NCBI GenBank assembly: GCA_051942205.1
Contig: JAVECO010000190.1
Coordinates: forward strand, 1 to 42,338
Origin: Coniocarpon cinnabarinum
Taxonomy: Eukaryota
Length of the DNA stretch: 42,338 nt
Reading direction: 5' to 3'
How positions within the stretch are numbered: position 1 is the first letter of the stretch; each line of letters opens with the position of its first letter. The translations under genes were made by a program, and so were the position numbers. The notes under the pieces were generated by a model. It saw nothing but the letters and a program-made list of their open reading frames with translations, was not told the DNA's origin and made no database searches. This document shows positions 1 through 12,800 of the stretch, piece after piece.

Positions 1-2400
1 TACCTTATTATACTCTTTAGACTTATTAATATACCTACTACCTTTTAAAAGTATATTAATAATATACTATATAAGTACCTTAATATCTTTATACTTATAT
101 ACCTTAATAATATTATTATCTTTTTTAAGATACTTAAAAAATACTAGAAATATATTAAATAGATATTATAGTAGCTTAAAAAATATAAACTATAAGTTAA
201 CCTTAATAAATATAAATTCTATATTAAAAAAAATAGAATTCCTTAGATTTATTATTAAAGGTAATAAAATAAAAATATTTAAAGATAAGATTAAAGTAAT
301 TATTAAATAGCTAATACTAAAGACTATTAAAGATATTTAGTTATTCTTAGGCTTTAGAAATTTCTATTAATAGTTTATTAAAGAATATTCTAAAGAAGAG
401 AAAGCTCTTATAGAGCTTACTAAAAAGAACGTACTCTTTATATAGAATAATAATTAGTAATAAGCTTTTAATAGACTTAAAAAATAATTTACTAAAGAAT
501 TAGTTATACGTACCTTTAACTATAGTAAACTAATTATAATTAAAATAGATACCTCTAACTATACTATTAGAGCTTATCTATTATAACTAGATAAAAATAG
601 AAAGTTATACTCTATTATATATTATTTATAAATACCTACTAAGCCTAAGCTTAATTATAATATTTATAATAAGAAGCTACTAGTAATTATTAACTTATTA
701 AAATATTAAAAGATTTATTATATTATTCTAAAATACTAGAGTTAAGTTCTTATAGATTATTAGAATCTTATATATTTTATAATAAGTATAATACTTAATA
801 GATAATTAGTATAATAAGTAGAGAAACTTATAAATTTTAATATTAATATTTTCTACTAACCTAAAGTAGATAATATAAGAGTAGATACTCTCTTCTACTA
901 ACTAGATTACCTAAAAAATAAAATATAGGTTTTATATACTATACTTAAGAAAAATCTAGATAGAACGCTTACAAATAACTTAATTAATCTTAACACCTTT
1001 TTTTAAATTAAGTAATATAATATTATAAAATAACTTTTAAATAAATACTAAAAGGACTCTAAGTATAAATATACTAAAAGAATTTTTACTAAAGACTCTA
1101 CTAGTTAACTTCTTAAATACTATAGACTTATTTATATACTAATTTAGATATATAAAGCTTTTATTAAAGACTACTATAAATAAGGTTATTAAGGTACTAT
1201 AGTAATAGTTAAGAAAGTAAGCTAAAAGTACTTTATCTCTAGCTTATAATATAAGGTATAGTAAGTCTATAATAAATATAATATTCATTTAAGATTCTAA
1301 TAAGATAGATATAAAGTATATAGTAAGCTATAACTACTCCTATTACCTAATAAACCTTAGTAAATAGTTATAACTAATTTTATTATAGACCTACTATAAT
1401 TAGTTAACCTAAGCAACTTTTCTATCTATAACTTAATTTATATTATTATAGATAAACTTATAAAGTACTTATACTTTATCCTAATAATCTCTATATTAAT
1501 AGTATCTAGATTTATATTTATCTTTCTTAGATATGTTATATTATAATATAGCGCACTAAAATAAATAATTTTAGATTATAATAAGCTATTTATATTATAT
1601 TTTTAGAGATTACTTATATTACTTATAAAAATTAAAAAAAGACTTAGTATTTTATTCTACCTATAAATAGATAGCTAAACTAAATAGATAAACTAAATAT
1701 TAAAAGTATTTCTTAGAAAATATATTAATTATTAATAAGATAATTAGGTATTACTCTTACTACTAGTATATTTTTTATATAACTTAAGCTATTTGTAACT
1801 AACTAAAAAAACTCTATTCTTTATAAATTATAGACTAAACCTAGAACTTATATATTAATCTATTATAGAAAGAAGCTTAGCTACTTAAGCTAAAATATTA
1901 TACTATTAACTTTAAGATTTATACTAGATTCTATATATTAAGTATAACTTTTTATACTAAAAGATAAGCTACTATTCTAATTAATAGAGATCTAAGAGCC
2001 TAAATTTAAAGAAGAGGGATACTATCTATCTATAAAAAAAATATTAAAATAAAATACCTAAGTAATAAACTAGATTTTATAAAACTTAGACTCTTTAGGA
2101 TTTTAAAGAAACTTAGACCTATAACTTATAAGTTATAGCTACTAGATACTATAAAAATATACTCTATATTTTACGTCTTATTACTAGAACCTACTATAAA
2201 CTTAGAAATAATAGAACTAGTATTAAGTTATAAAGAATTATAAGAACCTAAGTATAAAGTTAAATCTATACTTAACTATTAGCAAATATAAAAAAATTAT
2301 AAATACCTTATTAAGTAGAAAGACTATAGTAATAAAGAAAGTATATAAGAACTAATTAAGAACCTAACCTACTACTAAGAGATATTGCACTATTATTAAT
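1..2400 (+). pseudogene. pol remnant of Gypsy element A (RT, RNase H, integrase, chromodomain)
   Basis: RIP-reverted motifs: YLDDIIIF (~100), ETDASDYAIGA (~542), IHDKELLAI (~662), HPQTDGQTE (~1655), GPF (~2088), chromodomain EYEVESIL..YLIKWKGY..ESTWEP..NL (~2243-2365). Confidence 0.92.
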
Positions 2401-3048
2401 AATAGTATCTAAATTACTAATACTAGTACCTTTAACTAGGAATTTAAACCTATCTCTAGGAGACTAACTAGAACTTAACTACTAAGCTAAATTTTCCTTA
2501 ATCTCTAATAGTTTATTATAGTAAGCGTAATTAACACTATTACACTTAAATTTATCCTACTAATTAGTAACTTTACTCTTTTGCTATATAGCCTCTAGAC
2601 GCTTAGTATTTTAATAATTTTTAAACTCTAACTTTTTATAAGTATAACGCTTACTTAACTCTCTCTCTTTAGCCTTTACTTAATAGTATTTTTTAGCTAG
2701 CTCTTTATATTTCTTTTAGGTAAAATTAACTATAGCAAAGTTAAATATAGATATTATAAATAAATAGTATTACTAACTATCTTTAATAGTTAACCTTATA
2801 TTATATTATACCTTTCTATCTTTATAGTTCTTATAAGATATATCTCTAAGGATTAACTAATAAAGCTAACTATATTACATATAATAAGAATAGACAAATA
2901 TTATAATAAGAATTAGGCGACTAGTTTATTTAAACCTTTTAATAGCATAAACAAGAAAACTACTAAAAAGAGTAGATTAAGAAGAAGCTTTCGATTTTTA
3001 AATACTACCTTATATAACGCTATTAGTTATACTTCTATAAGAAGGTAT
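2390..3048 (-). pseudogene. Antisense spliced Zn(II)2Cys6 / coiled-coil gene remnant inside Gypsy A
   Basis: Minus strand 2892-2803 has TAT codons (RIP product of TGT) at C-x2-C-x6-C-x8-C-x2-C-x6-C spacing, ending KNC-KDRKV-x-C. Candidate intron 2777-2730 (GTTAGT..TAG, 48 nt), followed by a K/E/L-rich helix. The start (ata cct tct at 3048) and the end are approximate. Confidence 0.72.
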
Positions 3049-3136
3049 AATAGCTTATAGAAAGAAAAAGGACTAGTATAAGTATTTATATTCTATACTA
3101 TAATTATTTAAGATAAACAACCTATAGAGAGGCTAA

Positions 3137-3666
3137 TATTACGCTATACCTAATATAGAATAAAAGGTTATATAGATACGCGTATTAATACGCTAGTATA
3201 ATAGCCTCTAGAGTATAGAGGCGCGTTTATTTTTTAGACCTTATATATAGGCTATATACTACCCCTAGATAGTTTAAGACCTCTAGGCCTTTAGACCCTC
3301 TAAGACTTCTAAACCCTATAATATATTTATTTATACCTTAGTTTATATAGTCTAATAGTAAGTCTACCTCTCTTAGACTTAGTATTATTTAAATTTAGAA
3401 TTAACCTAACTTATAAGTTATAAACTACTAAACTAATTACTTACTAGTTTATAGTATACCTTACTTTCTTAAATAGTACTACTACTATTAGATAAAGTAA
3501 CCTTTATTATAGTAGTACGCTAGTTACTCTCCTTTATAGCCTTTACTACCTTTATCCCTTTATATTATTCTCTATTATATTCTTCTATAGTAAAGGTTCT
3601 TATCCCTAGAATAGCCCTACGCCTTCTTAGTTACTTAAGGGTAGGGCCCTTTATAGGGGCGTTACA
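3137..3666 (+). repeat. 3' LTR of Gypsy A (530 bp)
   Basis: tattacgc (RIP of tgttacgc)...gcgttaca; matches 5698-6229 in reverse complement along its length. Confidence 0.93.
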
Positions 3667-5697
3667 TATAGTTACTAGGTTTTTAAAACTATTAATAAGA
3701 ATATAAATATTTCCTCTTTTTTTTTTCTTCTCTTTTAACTATCTACTCTAAATAAGTAATTATAATATAATATATTGAGTAGAAGTATATTAGTACTATT
3801 AACTTTTAGTAGAGAATTATAAATATTACTAATAATATAGATATTACTAATAATATTTAATAAGATTAATTTACTAGTAGTAATAATTTTTATTTATAGG
3901 TATCTACTAATACTAATTATTAGAATATTTTCTTTTTTATTATAAGTTCTTTTATTATTTTTTTTTTCTTTTTTTTTTATAGCTTAGTATATTAAGTATA
4001 AGGCTACTACTTTTACTAAAAAAAAAGAAGAAAAAGGCTTAAAGAATAATAGTACCTATACTACTTAAAATAGAAAGTAACTAGTTTTTACTAATAATAT
4101 TACTTTTATTTTTATCTCTAAGTAAAAAATATAATAAAGTAAAAAAGAGAATAAAAAGTAATATATAGTAGTAATACTATTATTATAAATATTATTATTA
4201 TTATTATTATTATATTAGCCTTTTTATACTTTAAGTAAGTAGTATAAGATTATAAGATATCTAAGAGTTAAAATAATTAAATCTCTCTTCTAAGTATCTT
4301 ATACTTAGATTATTAAATTAAATATTAAATTAATACTTATATATAATTATTATAGGTTAGTAAAAGTAGAAGCCTTAATTTTAAGATTTTTTATAAAGTA
4401 TTAAAAAGTACTCTAAATTAATAAATTAAAGTATATAGTAATAGTATTATAAAACCTTATTAAATTTAATATAGTAATTATAAAGTAAAAAATTTTTTTA
4501 TACTTTTTTTATAGTTATAAGATATATTATATTATTAAGGCTATCTATATAAAGATAAAGGTAATTACTCTTATAAAGTTATACTTTCTTTAAATATAAA
4601 AGATACTTTCTATATATATAATATAGTTATATTTTAATTTAAAATTAGTAATTAGTATTAAAGCTAATAAAATTCTTAAAAAATATAATATAATTTATCT
4701 TTTATTAGTAGTAAAAACTCTAGCCTAAAATAGTACTACTAAGGTCTTTAGAAAGATAATTACTACTATAGCATATATATTATAGTTAGTAGTAAATTTA
4801 CTATTAAATTTCTAGCTATTTTTATATTAAACTACTATATATTTACTTAATAGAATACTAGTATTAAGGCTCTATTAGCAAACTTCTTTTAAAGTAGTTA
4901 TAGGTAAATTACTACTACTTAGTTATTTTTATCTAATTAGCTATAAGGTCTTTATACTTTATTAAAATATTAAAAAATAAGAACAATTTAAAGTATATAC
5001 TTATTTAGGTACTCTTCTTAGTTATAATAATATAAATATCTTTTTTATCTAGATTTTTAAGCTTAAAAAGGTTATATAAATAAAAGATATTATATTTAAA
5101 GATAATAAGCTAGTAGCTTTTTTATAGTTACTCTTACTAGTACTACTAAAGTTAGTATCTTATAAGTAGTTAAATTTATTAATTATAGTAATTAAGCTTT
5201 TAAAGAAAGTATTATTTATTAATCTTATAGATACTTTTTAAGTAGTAAGTATATTAATTTAGTAGTATTAAAAATAATACTAAGAATAGTATAACTAAAA
5301 AAAGGTTTAGTATAAAAAGATAAAGGCTTTATATCTAATATCTTCTTTAACTTCTTTAGTATAGGTACTAGATAATAATCTACTACTATTAGATAGTTAT
5401 CTTTCTACTTCTACTACTATACTTTAATAACTTAGTAAAATATTATTTACTATATTAATATAAATAGTAAAATTATATAGAAATATACTTCTTTTTATAT
5501 TAATAATATATAAAAAATTACTTACTTATTTTTATAAAAAGGTATTTATAAAGGCTACTAATATAAAATAAAGTAAAATTCTTTTATTAAAGATAGTTAA
5601 AGTTATTTTAGCTACCTAAGAATATTATTTACTACTTAAATAGATATAGAATTATAAATTTAATTAATTAGAGTATTTAAAAAAGTATAAAGCTTAT

Positions 5698-6229
5698 TAT
5701 AACGCCTTTATAGAGGACCCTACCCTTAAGTAACTAAGAAGGTGTAAGGCTGTCCTAGAGCTAAGAACCTTTACTATAAGAGAATATAATAAAGAATAAC
5801 ATAAAGGGATAAAAGTAGTAAAGGCTATAAAGAAGAGTAACTAGTATACTACTATAGTAAAGGTTACTTTATCTAATAGTAGTAGTACTATCTAAAAAAG
5901 TAAGGTATACTATAAACTAGTAAGTAATTAGTTTAGTAGTTTATAACTTATAAGTTAGATTAATTCTAAATTTAAATAATACTAAGTTTAAGAGAAAAGT
6001 AGGCTTACTATTAGACTATATAAACTAAGGTATAAATAAATATATTATAGGGTCTAAAAGTTCTAAAGGGTCTAGAGGTCTAGAGGTTCTAGACTATTTA
6101 GAGGTAGTATATAACCTATATATAAGGTCTAGAAAGTAAACGCGTCTCTATACTCTAGAGGCTACTATACTAGCGTGTTAATATACGTATCTACGTAACC
6201 TTTTGTTCTATATTAGGTATAGCGTAACA
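5698..6229 (-). mobile_element. Solo LTR of Gypsy family A (532 bp), inverted, with 5-bp TSD
   Basis: Reverse complement of 3137-3666; flanked by CTTAT at 5693-5697 and 6230-6234. Confidence 0.95.
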
Positions 6230-6545
6230 CTTATATTTATATTTATAATAATTTAAAGCTTTTATTAGTAGAGAAATACTATATTATTATACTTGTATAT
6301 AAAATATTTTATATAGTAATAGTAATTATAGCTACTTTTAATCTTTTTATACTTTAATATAATATTATTAATACTTTTCTTAATATTAAACTTAATACTA
6401 TTATCTATTACTACTTTTTTAAAAGCTTCTATTAATTAGGTAAGTTACTTTTACTTAAGTATATACTCTATAGCCTCTATAAATTACTAAAGCTTTAGTA
6501 TAAAGAATTTATATTATACTTTAAGTTCTTTAGCTTTTTTATAGT

Positions 6546-6969
6546 TGTTACGGCTTAGCCTTACGCTAAACTATAAGAGTACTAGGTAGGACTAGACTAC
6601 TACATCTAACTAGCTTAGCGAGGCATCCTAATAGAACAGTATTAGGACCTGTCCTAATAAGAACAATAGCAGGACTAGCAGGATAAAGGTACTACTAATA
6701 AAGCTAGCAGGACCCTATAAAGAAAGAGACTTATAAAGAATATATAGTTAGACTAAAGGCTACTCTTTAGAATAGACTTTAGTCTACTAACTTATAGTTT
6801 AAATATACTTTATTTATACTAGGTTATAAGCTTTATACTTTACTAAAAACCCTTATTTTTAATCTAAAGAGACTTAAGAGCGAGTTCTTTAGCTCTAGAA
6901 CCTCTAGCTCTCTTCCTAACTATATTATAATAGAAAGCTACTAAGAGATTATCTTAACCCTACGTAATA
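6546..6969 (+). repeat. 5' LTR of Gypsy B
   Basis: Direct repeat of 13502-13925; the differences I compared are transitions. Confidence 0.96.
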
Positions 6970-6971
6970 CT

Positions 6972-6981
6972 TTAGTAGACT
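6972..6981 (+). other. Candidate self-priming primer-binding site of element B
   Basis: ttagtagact, 2 nt after the LTR, is the exact reverse complement of agtctactaa at 6781-6790, which lies about 35 nt downstream of TATATA (6741-6746). Confidence 0.6.
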
Positions 6982-6999
6982 CTAGAAAGAGACTAAGTT

Positions 7000-9900
7000 C
7001 TATTATAGATAAGATCTCTACTATATTAGGACTAACTTTACGCTATCTCTAGGCTTAGTTCTTAGAGAATAGATAGACTAATCTAGTAATTATAGTAGCT
7101 ATATCTATAGTAAATAATATATTTAAAGCGAATATTAAAATAAAGGAAACCTTTAATAGTAACTAGAATAAACTAACCTTATTTTTTATTAAACTTAAAT
7201 CTATATTTAAGGTTAATAATAATAACTTTCTAAATAAACTAACTAAAGTACTTTTTATAATATCTTATTTAGAAGGGGATATAGCTAAGTAGTTTAACTT
7301 CTATATAGAAGATTAGTTATATAAGACTCTATATAACTACCTTCTAGAGACTAATAGTTACTTTAGTAGTTATATATACTTTAAGAAAGAACTTAATAAG
7401 ATCTATAAAGATTAAGATATTAGGCGTACTACTATATAAAAAATTAAGTATCTCTAATAAATAGAATCTATTACTAAGTATATAGCTAAGTACCTCTAGT
7501 ATTTAACTAAGACTAGATAGAACAAAAAACCTCTTATAGATATATTCTATAATAATCTTAAAGATTACGTTAAAGAAAAAATTAATAATCTTACTAAGTT
7601 TAATAATTCTAAGAATATAATAAAAAAGGTATAACTTATTAATTAACATAATTATAAATAGTAGCTTAAGAAGAAAGGTAGTAAACTCTCTAGAGGATTT
7701 TAGGGTTAGTATAAAGACTACAAAGATCTAATATAGAGAATTAAGTATATAGAAATTAAGCCTTATAAAAAGCTTATATAATAAAAGTAGGAATACTAAA
7801 TAAGTAATAAGCTTTACCTTTACTATAGCAAACTAGGATACTAAGTTAATTAGTATTAATAAAAAAAATCTACTAATAAGATTAACTAATGAAAGAAACC
7901 TTAATAATAGATCTACACACTTAAGTTATAATCTAGTATAACTAGAGAGAAGGCTCTAGCTATAGTTAAAACTAAGGTTATAAATAGCCTAACCCTCTTT
8001 ACTTAAACTCTAAAAATTATTAAGAGAGTAGTAGACCTACTTATAGATTATAGAGCAAACCTACAAGAAATATAGGAAATATATAGATAAATAGATTAAG
8101 ATTAGCAAGATATTAAGAAACTTTAGAATTATCTTAAGTAATAATAAGAATAGGACTCTTTAAATAAATTATTAAATATAATTAAGAAATAATTCTACTT
8201 ACTAACTATAAACTATAATATAGAGTAAAATAAAAAACTAGAAATAGTTAAACCTAAGAAACTTTACTAACTAACCTAGGACACACTTAAGGGACTAGGA
8301 TTGCCTAAATATAATTACCTAACCTAGTATAAGTATATCTAAGACCTAATACTAGAACAATAAAGTAAATTCTAGGATAGATTTATTAACTAGAACAAAT
8401 CTAAAAGAATATCTTAGAAAGATATTAAAGATATATAATAAGGCTAGGACTCTTATAAGTAGAACTTATTTCTAAGAGTATAAGTACTAGTAAAAGAACG
8501 CTTAAGATATAATAATAATAATACTAACCCTAAATATCTAAAATATTTAAAATTATCCTAGATAGGATATTATAATAACGCCTATAAAGTTTATATCTTA
8601 GATAAAGAAGGTATAGGATAGTTTCTATAGTATTCTTAGAAATATACCTTTATAGCAATTAAACACGCCTTAACGCTCTTTCTACCTAAATCTTAAGATT
8701 AGATAAGTAACTTATCTTATAATAAATCTTAGGTACTTAGTTAGCTTAAATCTAAAGCGCTATAATAAGAACTTTAAGTAGATAATAATAAATCTAACGC
8801 TAGTAACAATAATAATAATTTTAACTCTAAAAGCAAGTATTTAATAGAACAAAAAATTATAAAGTAACGCTAGACTAGTATACTTTAGAGACTTTATATA
8901 ATCGCCTTTTATAAGAGTAGGCAAAGTACTAAATATAAACTAGATAACCTATAGAAATATATTAAAATACGCCTATAGAATCTTATTAAATATATAATTA
9001 GTATATTATAGTTAAGATATAAGTATAATATAAATAGCCTAACAAGTATTAGCCTAACAATAAATTAAATTATAACTCTAGATAGTTAAAAAATTACTAT
9101 CTTAAAATAAGAAGAAATTTAATATTAATTTAAGCTAACTAGAATCTATCTATTAATATCTTTTTTAGAACAACTTAGGGGCAAGTAGCGCCTCTTTAAT
9201 AGTTTAATACAATTATACGCTTAATTAACTAGACTAACCCTCTATTATTCTTAATAATTAGACAAGAAAGAGAGAGGCTAAGCCTAGATATAATAATAGT
9301 AGAATCTTTTAATCTAGAAATATTAACTATTATTATTTAATTAAATAGTAGAATTATTTAAGTTCTCCTTAACTTTAGCATATTTAGAAATTTTATATTA
9401 ATATAATATATAAAATACTATAAATTATAAATATAAAAGAAATACTATATATATTACTTAGATATAGTAGATAGTAACCCTATTAACTATAACAATAGAC
9501 TAGTTAATATAAAAACTTCTTTAATAAATATACAAATATAGGATTAAAAAGAAGATATTACTTTTAATGTTACTAATATTAGACAAAACCTAGTAGTACT
9601 AGGAAGACCCTAGATTATATAATATAATTCTAACATAAACTAGGCTACTAAAAAGGTCTACTTTATAAGGTACAACTACTTATAAAAATATATATTATTC
9701 TATAGAATAGATACCCTAAGGGCTTAAATAGAGACAAAGAATAAGAAGCGTAATAAAGAAATTATAATAGTTTATATTACTAAACTCTAATTATATAATA
9801 ACTTAGAAGAAGATATTAGTCTAACTTCTAGAGTTATACTACACGTAACTTATAAATAGAGTTAAGGCTAATAATCTTATATAAGTACTCTAAAGGTAAA

Positions 9901-12800
9901 GGAGATACTAAAGAAATATAGCTAATTTTACTATTTATTTAAAGAGAAAGAGCTAGCCTCTACTCTTTTAAAATATTAGCTATAGGATTATTTAATATCT
10001 TTACTACTAGACTAGTAACTAATATTTAGGCTAATTTACTTACTTTTAAAAAGAGAGAAAGAAGTATAAAAGAAATAAATTATAACGCTTCTAGTAAAGA
10101 GATATATTATTAAATTATTATTATTAGCCGCTTTACTAATACTTTTTATACTAAAAAAGAATAGTAAGCTACAAATATATATTAATTATTAGTTACTTAA
10201 TAATAAGATAGTTAAAGACTAATTACTCTTACCTCTTACTAATAAAATCTAAGACAACCTTTATAGTATAAAGGTATTTACTTTACTTAACATTATTTTA
10301 GTATACAACAAAATCTAAATAAATAAAAAATACTAATAGCTTACTACTATAAGAACTAATATAGAACTCTATAAGTAGCACGTTATACTATTTAGGCTTA
10401 TAAACGCTCTAGCAATATTTTAGAAGTTTATTAATAATATATTAAGGTAATACTTAGGTGTATTTTACTATATATATATAGATAATATACTAATTTACTT
10501 AAAGATAATTTAAGAATATAAAACGTATATTTAAAAGGTATTAGAATATTTAGCTAAAGCCAATCTATAGCTTAACCCTAATAAGTGCGAATTCTATAAG
10601 AAATTAGTTAAATTTTTAGGATTTATAATTATAGCTAATAGTTTTAAGATAGAAAAATCTAAAGTCTAAGTAGTTCTTAACTAGCTAGAGTTAGAATTAA
10701 TTAAAGAAGATTAATAGTTTTTAGGCTTTACTAATTTCTACTAACATTAGATTAAAGATTATTTAAAAATTATCTTACTACTAACTAAATTAACTAAATT
10801 AAATAAACCTTAGAAATAGACAGAAATAGAGAGGAACGCTTTTAATAAAATTAAGAAAAGCTTTAAAATAGAAATAGTACTTATAATATTTAATTCTAAT
10901 CTACTAATTACTCTAAAAACTAACTTAAGCGACTTTACTATTAGAGCTAGTATTAGTTAACTATACTATAGGAAGCTATAACTAGTAGCATTCTATTTAA
11001 GAAAGCTTTTGCTAATAGAAGTTAAGTATAATATCTATAATAAAGAGCTTTAAGCTATTATTATATTATATGAGTAATAGAGATACTACTTTAAAGGTAT
11101 AAAATATACTATCTAGGTCTATACTAATTATCTAAATCTTACCTATTTTATAATAATAAAGCGCCTTAACTAAAGATAAGGCTACTAGGTAGAGATACTA
11201 TTACCTTATAATTTAAAAATTAATTATAAGAAAGAATCTAAAAATATATAAGTAGACGCTCTTAGTAGAAGGCTAGACTATATAAAATATAAACTAGAAC
11301 TAAATTATATAATATTTAAAAAGCAAGGAAATATAATCTACTATAGATAATATAAACTTATAGAACTTTAAGTAAGCACTATTAAACTAGACTATATACT
11401 TAAGGCAATTAAATAAGAAACACCTAATAATTTAGAAATTTAATAAATTAAAGGGATAGTCTAGAACAATAATATAACCTTAATTAAATTAGATTATAGA
11501 TATTATAAGTTTTAGAGCAGAATTTATGTCTCTAGAAAACTAATAGCCTAGGTTATCTCTAATTTCTACAACTTACTAACCTATAGACACCCTAGCGTTA
11601 AGCGTACGCTTAAGCGAATTATAAGAATATATTACTTTCTAAGAATAAGACAATAAGTTAAAGAATATATTTAAAGATACGATATCTACGTATAAACAAA
11701 ATATTCTAGGTATTTACTATATAGAGAACCGCAATACACTAAAATCCTACTACAACTATAGTATACTATTACTTTAGATTTTATAATAAAACTACTAAAA
11801 TTAAACTTTTATAGAATAAGGAAGGTATAATACGATTTATATAATTATAGATAAATTAACTAAGTTTATATACTTCCTACCTATATATAAAGCCTTAACT
11901 ATAGAGTCTACAGTAAAAAAAATTATTGCTTATATTTAGATAATACACAGAACCCTAGAAAAAATAATATTAGATAGAGATTAAAAGTTTATTTCTAAGT
12001 TTTAGAAGAGAATAACCTTAGTACTAGGAGTTATTTATAGAATATCTATAGCGTACTACCTATAGACAGATAGCTAAACTAAATAAATAAATTAAACTCT
12101 TAAATAGTACCTACAGATATTTGTTAATTATAACTAAGACAACTAGGCAGACCTATTACTAACTATAATAATAGCTTATAATATATTAAAAAATAAAATA
12201 ACTTAATTCTTACCTTTTTAAGTACTATATAGATTCTAGCTACTATTTAGAAGAACTACTCTATATACTATAGATAATTAGGAAGCAACAAAATTTATAG
12301 ATAAAGTAAAACAGATTTATAGTTAGCTACAAGATAATATTAAATTTTTTTAGGCAAGAACTTCTAAATATATAAACTATGCTCTAACACTACTAAATCT
12401 TAAAGAAGGGGATAAAGTATACCTACTTATAAAAAATATTAAAACCTAAAGACTAAGTAAGAAACTAGATTATACAAAGACTAGACCCTTTAAAATACTT
12501 AAACAAATTAGAGTAGTTAACTTTAAACTTAAGCTACTATTATAAATAAAAATCTACCTAGTATTCTATGTTACACTTCTAGAACTAGTATATAGTAATA
12601 GAGCAGAACAACTAAATCTAATAATTAATAGAAATACTTAAGAGTCTAAATATAAAGTTAAGTAGGTACTTATATAATAAACTAAACAACAATAAACTTA
12701 GTATCTAATTAAATAGAAAGAATATAAGGACTATAAAAATACTTAGAAACTACTTAGAAACCTAATAGGTTGCTAGTAGCTAATTTAAGACTACTAGGAG
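7000..12800 (+). pseudogene. gag-pol remnant of Gypsy B
   Basis: RIP-reverted motifs: KVLF..SYLEG.A..W (~7245), CCHC knuckle C.YCGKPGH...C (~7815-7857), protease LLDSGA..NF (~9365), MPFGLTNAPATFQ (~10385), YMDDILIY (~10475), ETD.SDFAIGA (~10916), GHPGVKRT (~11586), YHPQTDGQTE (~12054), GPF (~12483), chromodomain (~12645-12765). Boundaries approximate. Confidence 0.93.

Larger units (their letters stand above)
1..3666 (+). mobile_element. Ty3/Gypsy chromovirus element A, 5'-truncated by the window edge, RIP-inactivated
   Basis: RT-RNaseH-integrase-chromodomain order, purine tract agagagg at 3126-3132, then an LTR ending gttaca at 3666. Confidence 0.93.

Noticed and set aside
3137..6229. Inverted LTR copies as terminal inverted repeats of a DNA transposon
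   Set aside because: The second copy has its own 5-bp TSD, the first follows a polypurine tract, and the DNA between them is Copia coding sequence.
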